Counted from the whole stretch's first letter, positions 49,010-61,936 are shown. The stretch: 63,616 nt of DNA, filler included, from Octopus bimaculoides (GCF_001194135.2; 4 parts of 3 records of this genome joined end to end with filler, not necessarily neighbours in it), one strand, 5' to 3'. Numbers and translations: made by a program. The notes: a model not told the origin generated them from the letters alone.

Positions 49010-49285
49010 TAGGGGTTCAACTCGCAATGCGGAGCACCTTGGACAAGCGTCTTCTACTATCGCCTGAAACTGACTGATGATTTGTGAGTGAATTCGGCAA
49101 GCAGAAACTCTGTATGTGTGTGTGTTTGTATGTGTAAGTAACCTCGCCGTTCGGTAATATGAACACGATAGATTAAGTGCCAGATATCAAAATTAAAACC
49201 AATACTGAGGTAGATTTATTACACTAATCCTGTAAGACAGTGCTCCTGCATGGCCGTTATCCCATGATTGAAACAAGCAAAGGAG
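49010..49285 (+). mobile_element. Decayed SINE family A
   Basis: Contains GCACCTTGGACAAGCGTCTTCTACTAT and GTGCTCCTGCATGGCCG..TGAAACAAG. Confidence 0.7.
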
Positions 49286-49498
49286 TGAGAACTGATATTA
49301 TTGTTGTTTAATTCAGGCAATCCCTGATCTAGCTGGACACATGTTGTTTCCTTTTTAATTTGGGGAAATTTTGGTTGCTATTACCAGCAGGTCGACTACA
49401 CATTTGGAGCATATGTAGAAAAACTATTTAGCTCCTGGGACAAATTTTAAGTGTATAACAGCTTGTGCGGCGCATCTGCACAGAAAAACTTCCCAAAT

Positions 49499-49575
49499 TC
49501 ATATGTATTTAACTTCACAAACTCATATGTATTTAACTTCACAAACTCATATATATTTAACTTCACAAACTCATA
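49499..49575. repeat. 24-bp minisatellite, about 3.2 copies
   Basis: Unit TCATATGTATTTAACTTCACAAAC. Confidence 0.95.
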
Positions 49576-49892
49576 GGTATATAACACGTACTTGTGCGTT
49601 TGAAAGAGAAAATACCGCAAAAACGTTGCTCCTTCTGTATAGCTGTACAGTTCTGGTTTGTTGCGTTACACTTGAGCCTGTCGTCAGGTTAAATACCACA
49701 GCCTCACCCCGAGATATATTTAGCTGAGTTTATTCAGTTACAAGGGTCCAGGCCAGGTCTGAGGATAGATGGTGGCTCATCCAATATCCTCAGAATATTG
49801 TTTCTCCCCTTCTGTAACCAATCTCAGAAGCCCAACAAAATTTATAGAGTCTGCCCTGCATCTTCTTATAAGTTAGAATGGAAAAGATGGGT

Positions 49893-50150
49893 GTTCTTCT
49901 TCTTCTTCTTCTTCTTCTTCTTCTTCTTCTTCTTCTTCTTCTTCTTCTTCTTCTTCTTCTTCTTCTTCTTCTTCTTCTTCTTCTTCTCATCCGCTTCATC
50001 CTCCTCCCTTCCTCCCACCTTCTCCATCCTTCTGATCTCATTCTTCTTTCTCCTCTCCTCTCTTCTTCTTCTTCTTCTTCTTCTTCTTCTTCTTCTTCTT
50101 CTTCTTCTTCTTCTTCTTCTTCTTCTTCTTCTTTTTCTTCTTCTTTTTCT
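49893..50150. repeat. Two (CTT)n microsatellites
   Basis: Direct reading. Confidence 0.98.
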
Positions 50151-50739
50151 TCTCCTCCTACCTCATTCTTTGCTTTTTATTCTTCTGGGGTCGATAAAAT
50201 AAAGTACCAGTGATGTACTGAAGCCGATTTAATCGTCCAATTCCCTTAAACTTCTGCCCTTGAGTCCGTGAATGTTAAAAACTATCATTAAGATAAATGA
50301 AGTGCGGCAGATATAAAGAAGGTTTCATCATAATCTGTTGTATTTAGCTACATCAACTTAAGTCGATTTACATCATGCAGTCAAGACATCATTGAAATCA
50401 ACTTCGTCTTTTATCCTTAAAGGACTCGTTAAAATAAAGCCCTAGTCAAGTCCTGGTGTCAAATACAATTCACCCTTATTTCCAGTCTTCTAGTCTTAAA
50501 AATCCTTATTAAGATCAGAAGCTGTATAGTATTTGACCTTATGTCAGTCCAAAAACGTTATTACTATATCTCTTGTTGTTCTTGTTGTTATTATAGAGCA
50601 TGCGTGCTGTACGTGTTTGTTTGGCAGTAAATTAACACTCTCTCGACTGGCGTATAATATATACAAACAAAAGTATGCTAGTATGCATACAGACTAGAAA
50701 TTTCATTTTCATTGCTAAAGAAAGCGATGAGCGTGCCAT

Positions 50740-50890
50740 CGTTTAAGTGCGCATGCGTACGCTTTTATCTGTTCACGCGTCTGTGCGGTACTTTCGTCAG
50801 TGCTGACAATGGATCACGGCGGTGAAGGTGTTGGTCGTCGTTTACTAAACATTTTCAAATAGTTTTATTGAATTATTAGAATGGTTAGTG
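50740..50890 (+). promoter_or_regulatory. Candidate promoter: NRF1-like site with Inr-like TCAGT
   Basis: TGCGCATGCGT at 50748-50758 and TCAGT about 40 bp downstream, within a CpG-dense patch. A transposon-terminal origin is not excluded. Confidence 0.25.
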
Positions 50891-51061
50891 ACGTACAAGC
50901 AATTGTTAGGGATCAACATTGGAAATTGTTGTTTAATTAGAGAGTAATTTGGCATCCGATGTGGGCGATAAAGGAAATAAAGCATTTCAATTGTCACATA
51001 TCAGACACACAAACGCTCATGCATCTGCATTTATATATAAATATAATAATAGATATGTGTG

Positions 51062-51063
51062 TG

Positions 51064-51124
<61 letters not shown>

Positions 51125-51297
51125 GCCAACACCCGTAAAAAGGAGGACTGAGCATGCCGTGGTTGATGATGCGCAGACACGCGCTGAGACTGCGACATCT
51201 CCGGCTCTACGTAGACAGCGGTGAACAGGTGTGGTCACCGTTTGTGCGGCGCGCTTTCCCGCAGCTCGTCTCCATGACCGAACTGCAGTCGTGGATC
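51062..51297 (-). mobile_element. Possible LINE 3' end with (GATA)n tail
   Basis: A GC-rich block ends directly in (GATA)n on the minus strand. A weak C.CG...QT..H..C-like zinc-finger remnant appears only across frameshifts. Confidence 0.3.
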
Positions 51298-51411
51298 NNN
51301 NNNNNNNNNNNNNNNNNNNNNNNNNNNNNNNNNNNNNNNNNTTAATTAATTAANNNNNNNNNNNNNNNNNNNNNNNNNNNNNNNNNNNNNNNNNNNNTAT
51401 ATATACATATA

Positions 51412-51545
51412 TACGACAGGCTTCTTTCAGTTTCCGTCTACCAAATCCACTCACAAGGCTTTGGTGGGCCTGAGGCTATAGTAGAAGACACTTACCCAAG
51501 GTGCCACGCAGTGGGAATGAACCCGGAACCATGTGGTTGGTAAGC
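51412..51545 (-). mobile_element. SINE family A head
   Basis: GGGCTTCTTTCAGTTTCCGTCTACCAAATCCACTCACAAGG..CCAAGGTGCCACGCAGTGGG. Confidence 0.9.
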
Positions 51546-52059
51546 TCGCGAAAAGAGAAGACAGAGAGGCAGTCAGGCAGGATGACAAGTAGGTTGACTA
51601 GGAGCTAGATTATCTCATTTGAAACCAGAAACCTTTACACAGATATTAAATAAATTTTTGAAAGTTAGTAGAAAAAAAAAATGAATCTTATGCACTGGCT
51701 AACGACCTTATCATATGCAACTTATATAACCATGTGTTAGATATGTTTTCATGCTTACAACAACAACAACAACGACATATATGTAAGGATTTCCTCCTAA
51801 CTGAAATATTTCGCAAATATCGAATATCCAGAGATTCAATTTCGAAACTTCCATCTCATTAGATAAATGTAAACAGAGCGAAACAATTACAAGAATTCAC
51901 ATAGAATAAGAATCCAATACAAGAACAAAAGAAAAAAAAGGCGTTCGCGAAAATTGAAAAAATGTAGGAATTGCGCAACAATTAAAAGCTCTGCGTTTCT
52001 TTTTTCTTCTTTTCCTGGGAACTGTAAATGAAAATCGTTTTTTATGTTAAAAATTACCT

Positions 52060-52930
52060 GCGAGTACACCTAATACGCCAGTGGACTCTTCTTTTGATTC
52101 TGGTTACCCTGTCAGTATAAGATGGTCTGCTGTTGAATAATGCGTTATGTTTATGGGTGAAATTTTCGGGTATGGCAGAAGAGGAAGGGGAATGTGGTAG
52201 AGGAAAACACTCGAGGAAAGCCTGCATAAATCGATCAACTTTGACAGTCTCAGCTTTCCCCTGAGTGTTGAAAACCATATATTTTTGTTGAGTATTAAAC
52301 ACAGGGCACGGCCATGAACAGGCATTATGCAGAGGATATTTATCTGCATCGTTGCATACAAATACATGAGTCCAGTTATTGATATCGGATAGATCAAAAC
52401 TTTTAATCGACTGAGATTCGTTATTAACAGAAATAACTTCGCCGTGTAATTTCGCAGCGGAGCCAAGTCAACCAATTGGGTAGACGAGGTCTGCTCTCTT
52501 ACAGGCCTGATCATGGCTGGTATATTTGATGGGAGGCAGGTGTGAGAGTACGAAGTGTCGCTACATAAACTCTTCAAGTGAGTTATTCTTCACTAATTCT
52601 CTCAGTATTGTCAACTCATTCTTCATTGAGAATATTTCCTATTCCTAAAATATCTCTATGAAGAAGTTGATGAAAACGCGTCTGTGTAGACGTACACATA
52701 GGTCGAACACTTTCTGACTTCATACTTTGATAAAATGTGGAGTCGGAATGGTTGGTAATCAAATTTCTGACTTCATTGCTAAAGGAAGGAAGAAAATCTC
52801 TGACTAAAAGATAAAACTGACGTGTATCTGAAGAAATGTTATTATTCGCTGCAAAATTGGCTTGGAGCCGAGAAAACGAAATAGAAGAGTCTCCAGTATA
52901 TGGGGTGAAACGAAGGATAACACAGATTGA
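52060..52930 (-). mobile_element. Gypsy-type LTR retrotransposon remnant: gag N-terminus joined to integrase C-terminus
   Basis: Gag: FTPYTGDSSISFSRLQANFAANNNISSDTRQFYLLV, NEVRNLITN and RFHQLLHRDILG. Integrase tail (GPY/F region): WTHVFVCNDADKYPL..WPCPVF..GKAETVKVDRFMQAF and TRIKRRVHW. Confidence 0.7.
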
Positions 52931-55195
52931 ATTGCTTGGCTATCACTATTTTCAGAAGAAAACGACGGGTTAGGTGAAGTTGGAAATTTATTGGAAACAT
53001 GCAAATGCAAGGATATGAAATGAATAAATACTGGTTCTCATAGGGAACTCGTGAATATTCTGGATCAAATTCATTTGGATTCATTCATTCGAGTGAAGAG
53101 ACTAGAAAGGTGAATTCTATTATTTCTAGTTAGACAAGGGATGAGCTTAAGCAAGCAGACTTCTCAACGTCATTGATTGAAGTGATAAGGGCTGGAGTGA
53201 TAAGAATTGCATGTGGGGTGGCGTCTTCCTCCTTTGATTTTTCCTCGTCGGATAATTCACATACTTAATTTGTTGGCTGGTTATTTCTGAGTCATATATC
53301 GCCAAATGTCCATGAGATGCATGTCGGTTATCCAATTTCATGGTCTTACTGGGCTTGTCTTGAGTTGAGATTTGTCAATTGCGCTGTTAGTGAAGGAGAA
53401 TGTCATCAATGTCGCTAACGGGTGGTGGATATCTGCTTAGCTGTGGTTGAATTTGTTAATGAAAATATTTCATGGTTGCCTGATAAAAAAAATAACTTAA
53501 CGCACACGAGCGTGTAACTTGAGTATTTATTGTCCCACATGCAGAAGCAGTAATAATTACAGACTGGGAGCGAGAGTACAGAAAGTGCTCTCAGTACGGC
53601 AACATGTCGTCGACCTAAGATATTCGAAGTAAACTGCACTATCTTCGTGGTGACTAAGGTCCTTCGTCGTCTGAAGTAGGCATTCTGCAGTCTAAAATGC
53701 GCGCAAAATACCTTTTAGAGGGTTTCGAATCACAGCTACACACATTCATGTCCATGCATTTAATCTAAAATCGTTATTTGCATCATGTACAGCGAGATGT
53801 CAAAGGAATATTTACATAATCATCCTTAGCAGACACAGTTCTTAAATCCTTGTATACTTAAAATTAGATTAACAATTTAACATACACCTGTTTCACAGCT
53901 ATACATATCTGATTGTTTGATTATTTTCACCTTTGAACTATTAAATTGATTCACGTTATAGGATGAGGCAACTATCTACAAACTTGCAAATTCATACTCA
54001 GTGAAAAATGTTTGTTATGATAATGGCAATAAAAACACTGTGGCATATATTTCATTAAATTTTGTTCCAGATAGAAACGGGCAATTTAAAATAAACCTAT
54101 TGCGTCACCTCCCATTTGATCCAACATTTGCCCTCGAAATTAATTCCTTCCGCTGTGGATTTTACAATTTCAGTATTTTCTCATAAGGTCATTGAGCAAT
54201 CCCCGTAACGAACATTTGACATTTCAGCTGCCCGCTGTTTTTTTTTTTTTTTGCCAAGAAATTGTGTGTAAGAGGAGCCGCATAAACAGAAGCTAAACAT
54301 ACTATCAATATCTAAATTAGCTGGTCAAAGAATCTCGTTATCAGCGATGCTCTTCCACAGAAAAATAACGCTGATCATCATCCTCAGCCAAGCTTTTAAT
54401 ACCAGTTCCATTTCAAACAAATCCTGATTGAATATGAATTTATTTTGGCTTTATTTATATATAAAAAGACGCAGCACACGTTTTCAGAAATATGGTNNNN
54501 NNNNNNNNNNNNNNNNNNNNNNNNNNNNNNNNNNNNNNNNNNNNNNNNNNNNNNNNNNNNNNNNNNNNNNNNNNNNNNNNNNNNNNNNNNNNNNNNNNNN
54601 NNNNNNNNNNNNNNNNNNNNNNNNNNNNNNNNNNNNNNNNNNNNNNNNNNNNNNNNNNNNNNNNNNNNNNNNNNNNNNNNNNNNNNNNNNNNNNNNNNNN
54701 NNNNNNNNNNNNNNNNNNNNNNNNNNNNNNNNNNNNNNNNNNNNNNNNNNNNNNNNNNNNNNNNNNNNNNNNNNNNNNNNNNNNNNNNNNNNNNNNNNNN
54801 NNNNNNNNNNNNNNNNNNNNNNNNNNNNNNNNNNNNNNNNNNNNNNNNNNNNNNNNNNNNNNNNNNNNNNNNNNNNNNNNNNNNNNNNNNNNNNNNNNNN
54901 NNNNNNNNNNNNNNNNNNNNNNNNNNNNNNNNNNNNNNNNNNNNNNNNNNNNNNNNNNNNNNNNNNNNNNNNNNNNNNNNNNNNNNNNNNNNNNNNNNNN
55001 NNNNNNNNNNNNNNNNNNNNNNNNNNNNNNNNNNNNNNNNNNNNNNNNNNNNNNNNNNNNNNNNNNNNNNNNNNNNNNNNNNNNNNNNNNNNNNNNNNNN
55101 NNNNNNNNNNNNNNNNNNNNNNNNNNNNNNNNNNNNNNNNNNNNNNNNNNNNNNNNNNNNNNNNNNNNNNNNNNNNNNNNNNNNNNNNNNNNNNN

Positions 55196-55241
<46 letters not shown>

Positions 55242-56119
55242 TCATTCATTCATAAATGCATACATACATATATGTATAAATATAAACGTCCATACGCATG
55301 CTGACACATATACACACATCCATACACACTCATGCACACCATTCTAGCATACACTCACATACGCTTAGGCGTATTATGTTATCGTTATTATCATCATTAT
55401 TACTTACTTGGCTCCGCCCCCTCAGAATTGGTGGTTAATCGTAGTATTTTATATATAAGGCACACAATCAAGTTTTTAGTTAAATAATTCTTTTATTACC
55501 AAATTTATAATATGCCTTTCAGCCGCGGTCGTTTTATATACTTCATACACGCAGGCAATAATTATTTTCTCTGATACTTTTTGCATATGTATATATTTGT
55601 GTAGGTGTGTATGATTGTAATAATTGTTTTTAACAAACAGATAGAATGTGGTTGGTAAATCAAATTAACATACCTGTCAATGTTATCTAGTGGCAGTATT
55701 TTAAGAAGTAACAACACCCATAGTTTGTTAGTGAAAGAACGCTGTTTCACACATAAAAAAACATTCGCATACTTTCCTTCTATACGCACACAAATACCCA
55801 CATATACTCACAGAAAGTTGAAAAGCTGTTTGATTTTTCATTTCAAAGTTGAATATCTACCATCCCACTTCCGTTGCACACACACACACATTCATACACT
55901 TCACTTTTGCATACACAGAGATATACTCACACAGAGTTGAAACGCTGTTTCATATTTTTTGTACCGTAGAATTCCATCATCCCACTACCAGTTTGCAATA
56001 ACCCGTTTCTTCCATATTCATCTATCACTCCATCCTTTATCATTTATGTTTTATGCCGGAGAAAAATAATGAGTATTATTAAAGTAGATTATTATTATTA
56101 TTAATATTATTATTATTAT

Positions 56120-56466
56120 TTTATGTTTGACTTTTGTTTTGCATTTGTACAAGTTGGATCCAAGTCTCACCCAGAGACCTCAAGAGACAACAAGTTAGAA
56201 GTTCATGTAGGTGTTATGCCTAGGGTACCATATATCTGGGTTTGTACAGTTTTGTTCTAGTGAATGTTTAAGAAACCATAAGAAAATTATGTGTTTGCTT
56301 TAAAATGTGAGATCACATAGACAGTATTTTACGTAGGATATGGGCAGTTCCCATGAGCACTATCTTTTGAACTTCAGCCATTTTGGGGTTTCCTGGTATC
56401 TGAGCTAGGTAGTAATCAGCCCGTTTCGCTATCATTCCCAGGGCACCTATGACAATAGGTATTGTT
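56120..56466 (-). mobile_element. Dong/R4-clade LINE 3' end (restriction-like endonuclease C-terminus plus 3' UTR)
   Basis: TIPIVIGALGMIAKRADYYLAQIPGNPKMAEVQKIVLMGTAHILRKILSM* (56466-56313); the 3' end abuts a (TAA)n tract. Confidence 0.9.
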
Positions 56467-56566
56467 NNNNNNNNNNNNNNNNNNNNNNNNNNNNNNNNNN
56501 NNNNNNNNNNTTAATTAATTAANNNNNNNNNNNNNNNNNNNNNNNNNNNNNNNNNNNNNNNNNNNN

Positions 56567-57075
56567 TAGAACTGTACTCGAAAACAAACTTGATTATTTT
56601 TCAATCTTTTATGATATGTTAGGGGAAAAATATGGAGTCGATGCAGGAATCGGAATTCAGAGATCCAAGAATATATCTATTGAGCCCCAACGACATTAAA
56701 GAATGCCTTATAACAAAATTATCAGTACAATAGTTGACCAAAAAAAAGCACGATATTCATCCATAGAAGAGTTTAAATTCATGGAAGTTTTGAATTTCAA
56801 CAAAGTTGATGAGTATTGCAAACAATTTCCTGTGGACTCTTTAGATTCTTTAAAAATGACTTATGGCAGATTTTTTGATGTAATATGATTACAAAGTGAG
56901 CTCAATGCGACGTATTCAATGAAAGATTTTAAAATGCGACAGGAGAAAGTGGACTGTCTGGGTTAACACTAATGTCAATTGAAAAAGATTTATAACAATT
57001 GATGAAAAGAGAAGATTTCTATGAAAATATGATAGATATATTTTCCCAGACAGATCGAAGAATTGAATTAATTTA
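56567..57075 (+). pseudogene. Decayed hAT transposase C-terminal fragment (ZMYM1-like type)
   Basis: YNKIISTIVDQKKARY, FFDVI*LQSEL and LSGLTLMSIEKDL..MIDIFSQTDRRIELI; the dimerisation SERSFS block is absent. Confidence 0.6.
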
Positions 57076-57319
57076 GAAATTAGGTAAATAACATTTTAAC
57101 GTAAGGTTCGACCTTACATCAGTATTGTTTCGCAGGAGAAATGGTTCGACTTCCTCGTCGCACCTAACCTACATGGGTTTTCCTTTCTGTGCTTTTGGGT
57201 GTAGTCTACTTACAGCCGTAAATAAGTGTCTTGTTTCAATCTCAGAGATGTTGACTTCTGCTAGAACAGTTTTTTTTGTTGGGGGGGGGGGGTTACAATG
57301 TTGAATTTTCGCTGGACAG

Positions 57320-58178
57320 CGTGCACTGGTTGTTTGTTGCAAAAGCTTACAATGTCCATGTCAGCACCATCTGTCGCATCAACAATGGAGGTTGAGAGTC
57401 TTCTCTGACGAAAGCCGGTACTGCATTTTCACAATGAGTGACAGAGTGAAGGCGTGACATAGAAGGGGGTGAACGCTAGTGAGACTCATGTGTCATGGAG
57501 AGAGACGCGTGGGGTGGCCAAAGCATCACAGTTTGGGTGCTATAGCCTAGAATCAGAGAATTGGGCCCCATGTGTTCCAAACTGTTGGTGCAGGCAGACG
57601 GAATGGCATCACAGCGTAGCGCTACGTTGACCAGATCCTAAGACCTCACATTGTGCCCTTCTTCCTGCATCACCATAGCCACGTGATCCAGTAGGACAAT
57701 GCCCCCTCCCACACGGCCAGGGTCACCATGGACTTCATGTGTCAGCACAACATCAGAAACATGTCGTGGCCGTATCTCAGCCCAATTGAACACATGTGGG
57801 ATGAAATCCAGAGACAGCTGAACCAGGTGGTCCCAAAGCCAGCAATTTGTGCGGAACTGGAGGTAGCTTTCCTCAAGGTGTGCGTACAGGTGTCAATGGC
57901 TTTTGTGAACCGCCTCATGTATTCCATGTACCGATGGTGTATGGCCGTTTTGAACACCCAGGGAGGGCATACACGGTATTGAACATGTCACGCCCTACAA
58001 TCTCAATGTGATGGATCTGCCCACTACCAGAACACATGACAATGACCCATAGACTGTGGTCAAAGTGCATCCAAGAAATTGACTTTATCAGATCTATCAA
58101 AATTTATCTTTGACATAATGAAATTAAAACATATTTCACAGTCACACACGTGTTGCGTTTCTTTTGCGGTTCAGTGTG
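57320..58178 (+). mobile_element. Defective Tc1 (D,D34E) transposon, 5'-truncated
   Basis: Peptides FSDESRYC, GGQSITVWG, RYVDQILRPHIVP, Q*DNAPSHTARVT, LSPIEHMWDEI and GGHTRY*; right TIR GTTGCGTTTCTTTTGCGGTTCAGTG followed by (TA)n. Confidence 0.9.
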
Positions 58179-58770
58179 TATATATATATATATATATATC
58201 CTGTTGTCTGATAGAGGATGGTAGGGGTCAGCTCTCTCTGCTAGCATTTTTATAAATGGTTCCCAAAAGAAAATTGCACTTCATTTCTGATGCTCCAACG
58301 ATGCTAGAGGGTGAAACACAAGCGCTCAAATATAAATGTATTACACCCTATAGTAGAAACACCTGCAAGCTAATGCATATTTTTTTTGTTTCCTAATAAT
58401 TTATTTGATCAGAATTACTACGCCTAAGGGAAATAAAAATGCTGGTTTCANNNNNNNNNNNNNNNNNNNNNNNNNNNNNNNNNNNNNNNNNNNNNNNNNN
58501 NNNNNNNNNNNNNNNNNNNNNNNNNNNNNNNNNNNNNNNNNNNNNNNNNNNNNNNNNNNNNNNNNNNNNNNNNNNNNNNNNNNNNNNNNNNNNNNNNNNN
58601 NNNNNNNNNNNNNNNNNNNNNNNNNNNNNNNNNNNNNNNNNNNNNNNNNNNNNNNNNNNNNNNNNNNNNNNNNNNNNNNNNNNNNNNNNNNNNNNNNNNN
58701 NNNNNNNNNNNNNNNNNNNNNNNNNNNNNNNNNNNNNNNNNNNNNNNNNNNNNNNNNNNNNNNNNTATAT

Positions 58771-58804
<34 letters not shown>

Positions 58805-58809
<5 letters not shown>

Positions 58810-59212
58810 CAGGAGTGGCTGTGTGGTAAGTTGCTTGCTTATCAACCACATGGTTCCGGGTTCAGTCCCACTGTGTGGCACCTTGGGCAAGTGTCTTCTA
58901 TATATAGCCTCGGGCTGACCATAGCCTTGTGAGTGGGATTCGGTAGACGGAAACTGAAATAAGCCCGGCGTATATATGTATATGTATATATAAATGTGTG
59001 TTTGTGTGTCTGTGTCTGTCCCCCCAACATTGCTTGACAACCGATACTGGTGTGTTTACGTCCCCGTAACTTAGCGGTTCAGCAAAAAAAGACCGATAGA
59101 ATAAATACTAGGCTTACAAAGAATAAGTCCTGGGGTCGATTTACTCGACTAAAGGCGGTGTTCCAGCATGGCCGCAGTCAAATTACTGAAACAAGGAAGA
59201 GAGAGTAAAGAG
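58805..59212 (+). mobile_element. Full-length SINE family A (tRNA head, CORE-like ACCTTGGGCAAGT segment, internal microsatellite, conserved tail)
   Basis: Best-preserved copy in the window; A box GTGGCTGTGTGGTAAG and B box GGTTCAGTCCC. Confidence 0.93.
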
Positions 59213-59489
59213 TATATATATATATACACACATACATACATACATACATACATACATACATACATACATACATGTGTGTGTGTGCGCGCGTGTATGCATT
59301 TGGTTGCACATCCTTTCGTGGTCGATAAAATAAGTACCAGTGAAAGACTGGGATCGATGTAATCGACTAGTTCCCTCCCCTAACATTTCAGGCCTTGTGC
59401 CTATAAAAGAAAGGATTATATGCTCAAGAGCACAACGGACCAGCCGGACTGTAAATCGAAACCAGGTTCTTACGATCAGAGCGTTTTCA

Positions 59490-59852
59490 CCGCACATCAC
59501 TGTTGTTGACGTCGAGGGTCCCAGTTGATCCGATCAACGGAACAGCCTGCTTGTGAGATTAACGTGCAAGTGGCTGAGCACTCCACTGACACGTTTACCC
59601 TAAACGTAGTTCTCGGGGATATTCAGTGTGACACAGTGCGACAAGGCTGACCCTTTGAATTACAGGCACAACAGAAACAGGAAGAAAGAGTGAGAGAAAG
59701 TTGTGGGGGAAGAGTACAGCAGGGTTCGCCACCACCTTCTGCCGGAGCCTCGTGGAGCTTTAGGTGTTTTCGCTCAATAAACACTCACAACGCCCGGTGT
59801 GGGAATCGAAACCACGAGTCCGCGGCCCTAACCACTGGGCCATTGCGCCTCC
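59490..59852 (-). mobile_element. tRNA-derived SINE family F
   Basis: Minus strand: GTGGAGGCGCAATGGCCCAGTGGTTAGGGCC..GGTTTCGATTCCCACACCGGGCG head, then a unique body ending GGGACCCTCGACGTC-AACAACA. Confidence 0.8.
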
Positions 59853-59892
59853 ACCACCGCACATCACAAATAATTAATTATAAGCAACTCTA

Positions 59893-61936
59893 TTTTTCTT
59901 TATTTGGCACTATGGCCACAACACAGATGGGACACTACAAGGACAGACACAACACCACAATGGGGACACAAAACATAANNNNNNNNNNATTGTCAGATGT
60001 TTCAACTCTCGAAACCTTTTCCTTCGCTGGGGAAACCGACGTCATTATCGCTGTTCCCTCCTCTTGTAAATCCACCTGTTTAGTAGTTTCCTGCTCTCTT
60101 TCTTTCTCTGTCACCTCTTCATCTGCATTCCCTCTGGTTACAGCTTCCTTTTCCACTTCTTCTTTCTTCTTTTTCTGTTTCTCTGGTGGTGAGTTTGTTC
60201 TTCCACTCCTCCTTCGTTTTCTTTCCATTACCGTAAATCCCTCCTCCGTTGTATTTTCTTCTGTCTGTCTGTACTACCTGGTTCGTGTCTTCCTGTTTTT
60301 CTGTTGGTTCTCTCTGCGGGCATCTCGCCTTCATGTGGCCTTTCTCGCCACATGCAAAACATGTAGGCGGCCTGCCCTCCACTTTCACTCNNNNNNNNNN
60401 NNNNNNNNNNNNNNNNNNNNNNNNNNNNNNNNNNNNNNNNNNNNNNNNNNNNNNNNNNNNNNNNNNNNNNNNNNNNNNNNNNNNNNNNNNNNNNNNNNNN
60501 NNNNNNNNNNNNNNNNNNNNNNNNNNNNNNNNNNNNNNNNNNNNNNNNNNNNNNNNNNNNNNNNNNNNNNNNNNNNNNNNNNNNNNNNNNNNNNNNNNNN
60601 NNNNNNNNNNNNNNNNNNNNNNNNNNNNNNNNNNNNNNNNNNNNNNNNNNNNNNNNNNNNNNNNNNNNNNNNNNNNNNNNNNNNNNNNNNNNNNNNNNNN
60701 NNNNNNNNNNNNNNNNNNNNNNNNNNNNNNNNNNNNNNNNNNNNNNNNNNNNNNNNNNNNNNNNNNNNNNNNNNNNNNNNNNNNNNNNNNNNNNNNNNNN
60801 NNNNNNNNNNNNNNNNNNNNNNNNNNNNNNNNNNNNNNNNNNNNNNNNNNNNNNNNNNNNNNNNNNNNNNNNNNNNNNNNNNNNNNNNNNNNNNNNNNNN
60901 NNNNNNNNNNNNNNNNNNNNNNNNNNNNNNNNNNNNNNNNNNNNNNNNNNNNNNNNNNNNNNNNNNNNNNNNNNNNNNNNNNNNNNNNNNNNNNNNNNNN
61001 NNNNNNNNNNNNNNNNNNNNNNNNNNNNNNNNNNNNNNNNNNNNNNNNNNNNNNNNNNNNNNNNNNNNNNNNNNNNNNNNNNNNNNNNNNNNNNNNNNNN
61101 NNNNNNNNNNNNNNNNNNNNNNNNNNNNNNNNNNNNNNNNNNNNNNNNNNNNNNNNNNNNNNNNNNNNNNNNNNNNNNNNNNNNNNNNNNNNNNNNNNNN
61201 NNNNNNNNNNNNNNNNNNNNNNNNNNNNNNNNNNNNNNNNNNNNNNNNNNNNNNNNNNNNNNNNNNNNNNNNNNNNNNNNNNNNNNNNNNNNNNNNNNNN
61301 NNNNNNNNNNNNNNNNGCTGTCATGAGCCATGCTTCATCTAGTTCTGGGGGTAGTTTGCCTATTCGCACTCTGGCCACACGTTTGCCACAGTACGACGGC
61401 AACAGCACCCATTCCTCCGATCGTATAGCTTCCGTAGAGTTCTTAATTGCTTCTATTTCTGTTGCAAATCGTACCTCCACAGTGGCATACTTTTTTCCTC
61501 TAGTTACAAAAGTCGCTTGCTTTCTGATACCTTTCAGGCACTCCTCGATCTCCTCAACTGTCGCAAGCTCTATCCTTCTAGTTGCCACCTTCATGGTTTT
61601 AAAAACCACAGTTCTCTTTCTTACACCTTCTGTTAGTTCCACAGGCGGTGTCAACGTCAGCGTGTTTCCGACCCTCGCCAGCAACTTCTCACATTCGTTC
61701 ATCTTCTTCGGATCAACCTTAATTTCTATTATTTCCAGCTTTCCTTCCTCTGTTCCTTTTCCAGTCGCGGGCGCATAACTTTGGCCACCCACCGGTGCTT
61801 TCTCCATTTTCCACAACGGGAAGACACAAAAAAACACGAACAATATCAACAATTAACACCAATGATTGACACTCAATTTTACAACAAAAAATACTCAACT
61901 TTGCAACTCACATAAAAACTCTACTACTGCTGACAC
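59893..61936 (-). mobile_element. Non-LTR retroelement apparently encoding ORF1 only, flanked by a 17-bp target-site duplication
   Basis: AATTATAAGCAACTCTA occurs at 59876-59892 and 61937-61953. The 3' end on the minus strand is CCAAATAAAGAAAAA. A single gag-like ORF lies between. Confidence 0.8.
59989..61807 (-). CDS. Tx1/L1-type ORF1 protein (RRM-like region plus CCHC zinc knuckle), gapped, with one frameshift near 60265
   Basis: MEKAPVGGQSYAPA..., VARVRIGKLPPELDE, knuckle CFACGEKGHMKARC and acidic/basic tail EEGFTVMERKRRR. The frameshift lies in a (TCTG)n run. Confidence 0.8.

Noticed and set aside
49790-50213. Poly-Arg/Leu/Phe/Ser ORFs (also poly-Ser at 29082-29342)
   Set aside because: Translations of (CTT)n/(GAA)n tracts.
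58805-58880. SINE heads as functional tRNA genes
   Set aside because: They have A and B boxes but no complete cloverleaf, and they continue into SINE bodies.
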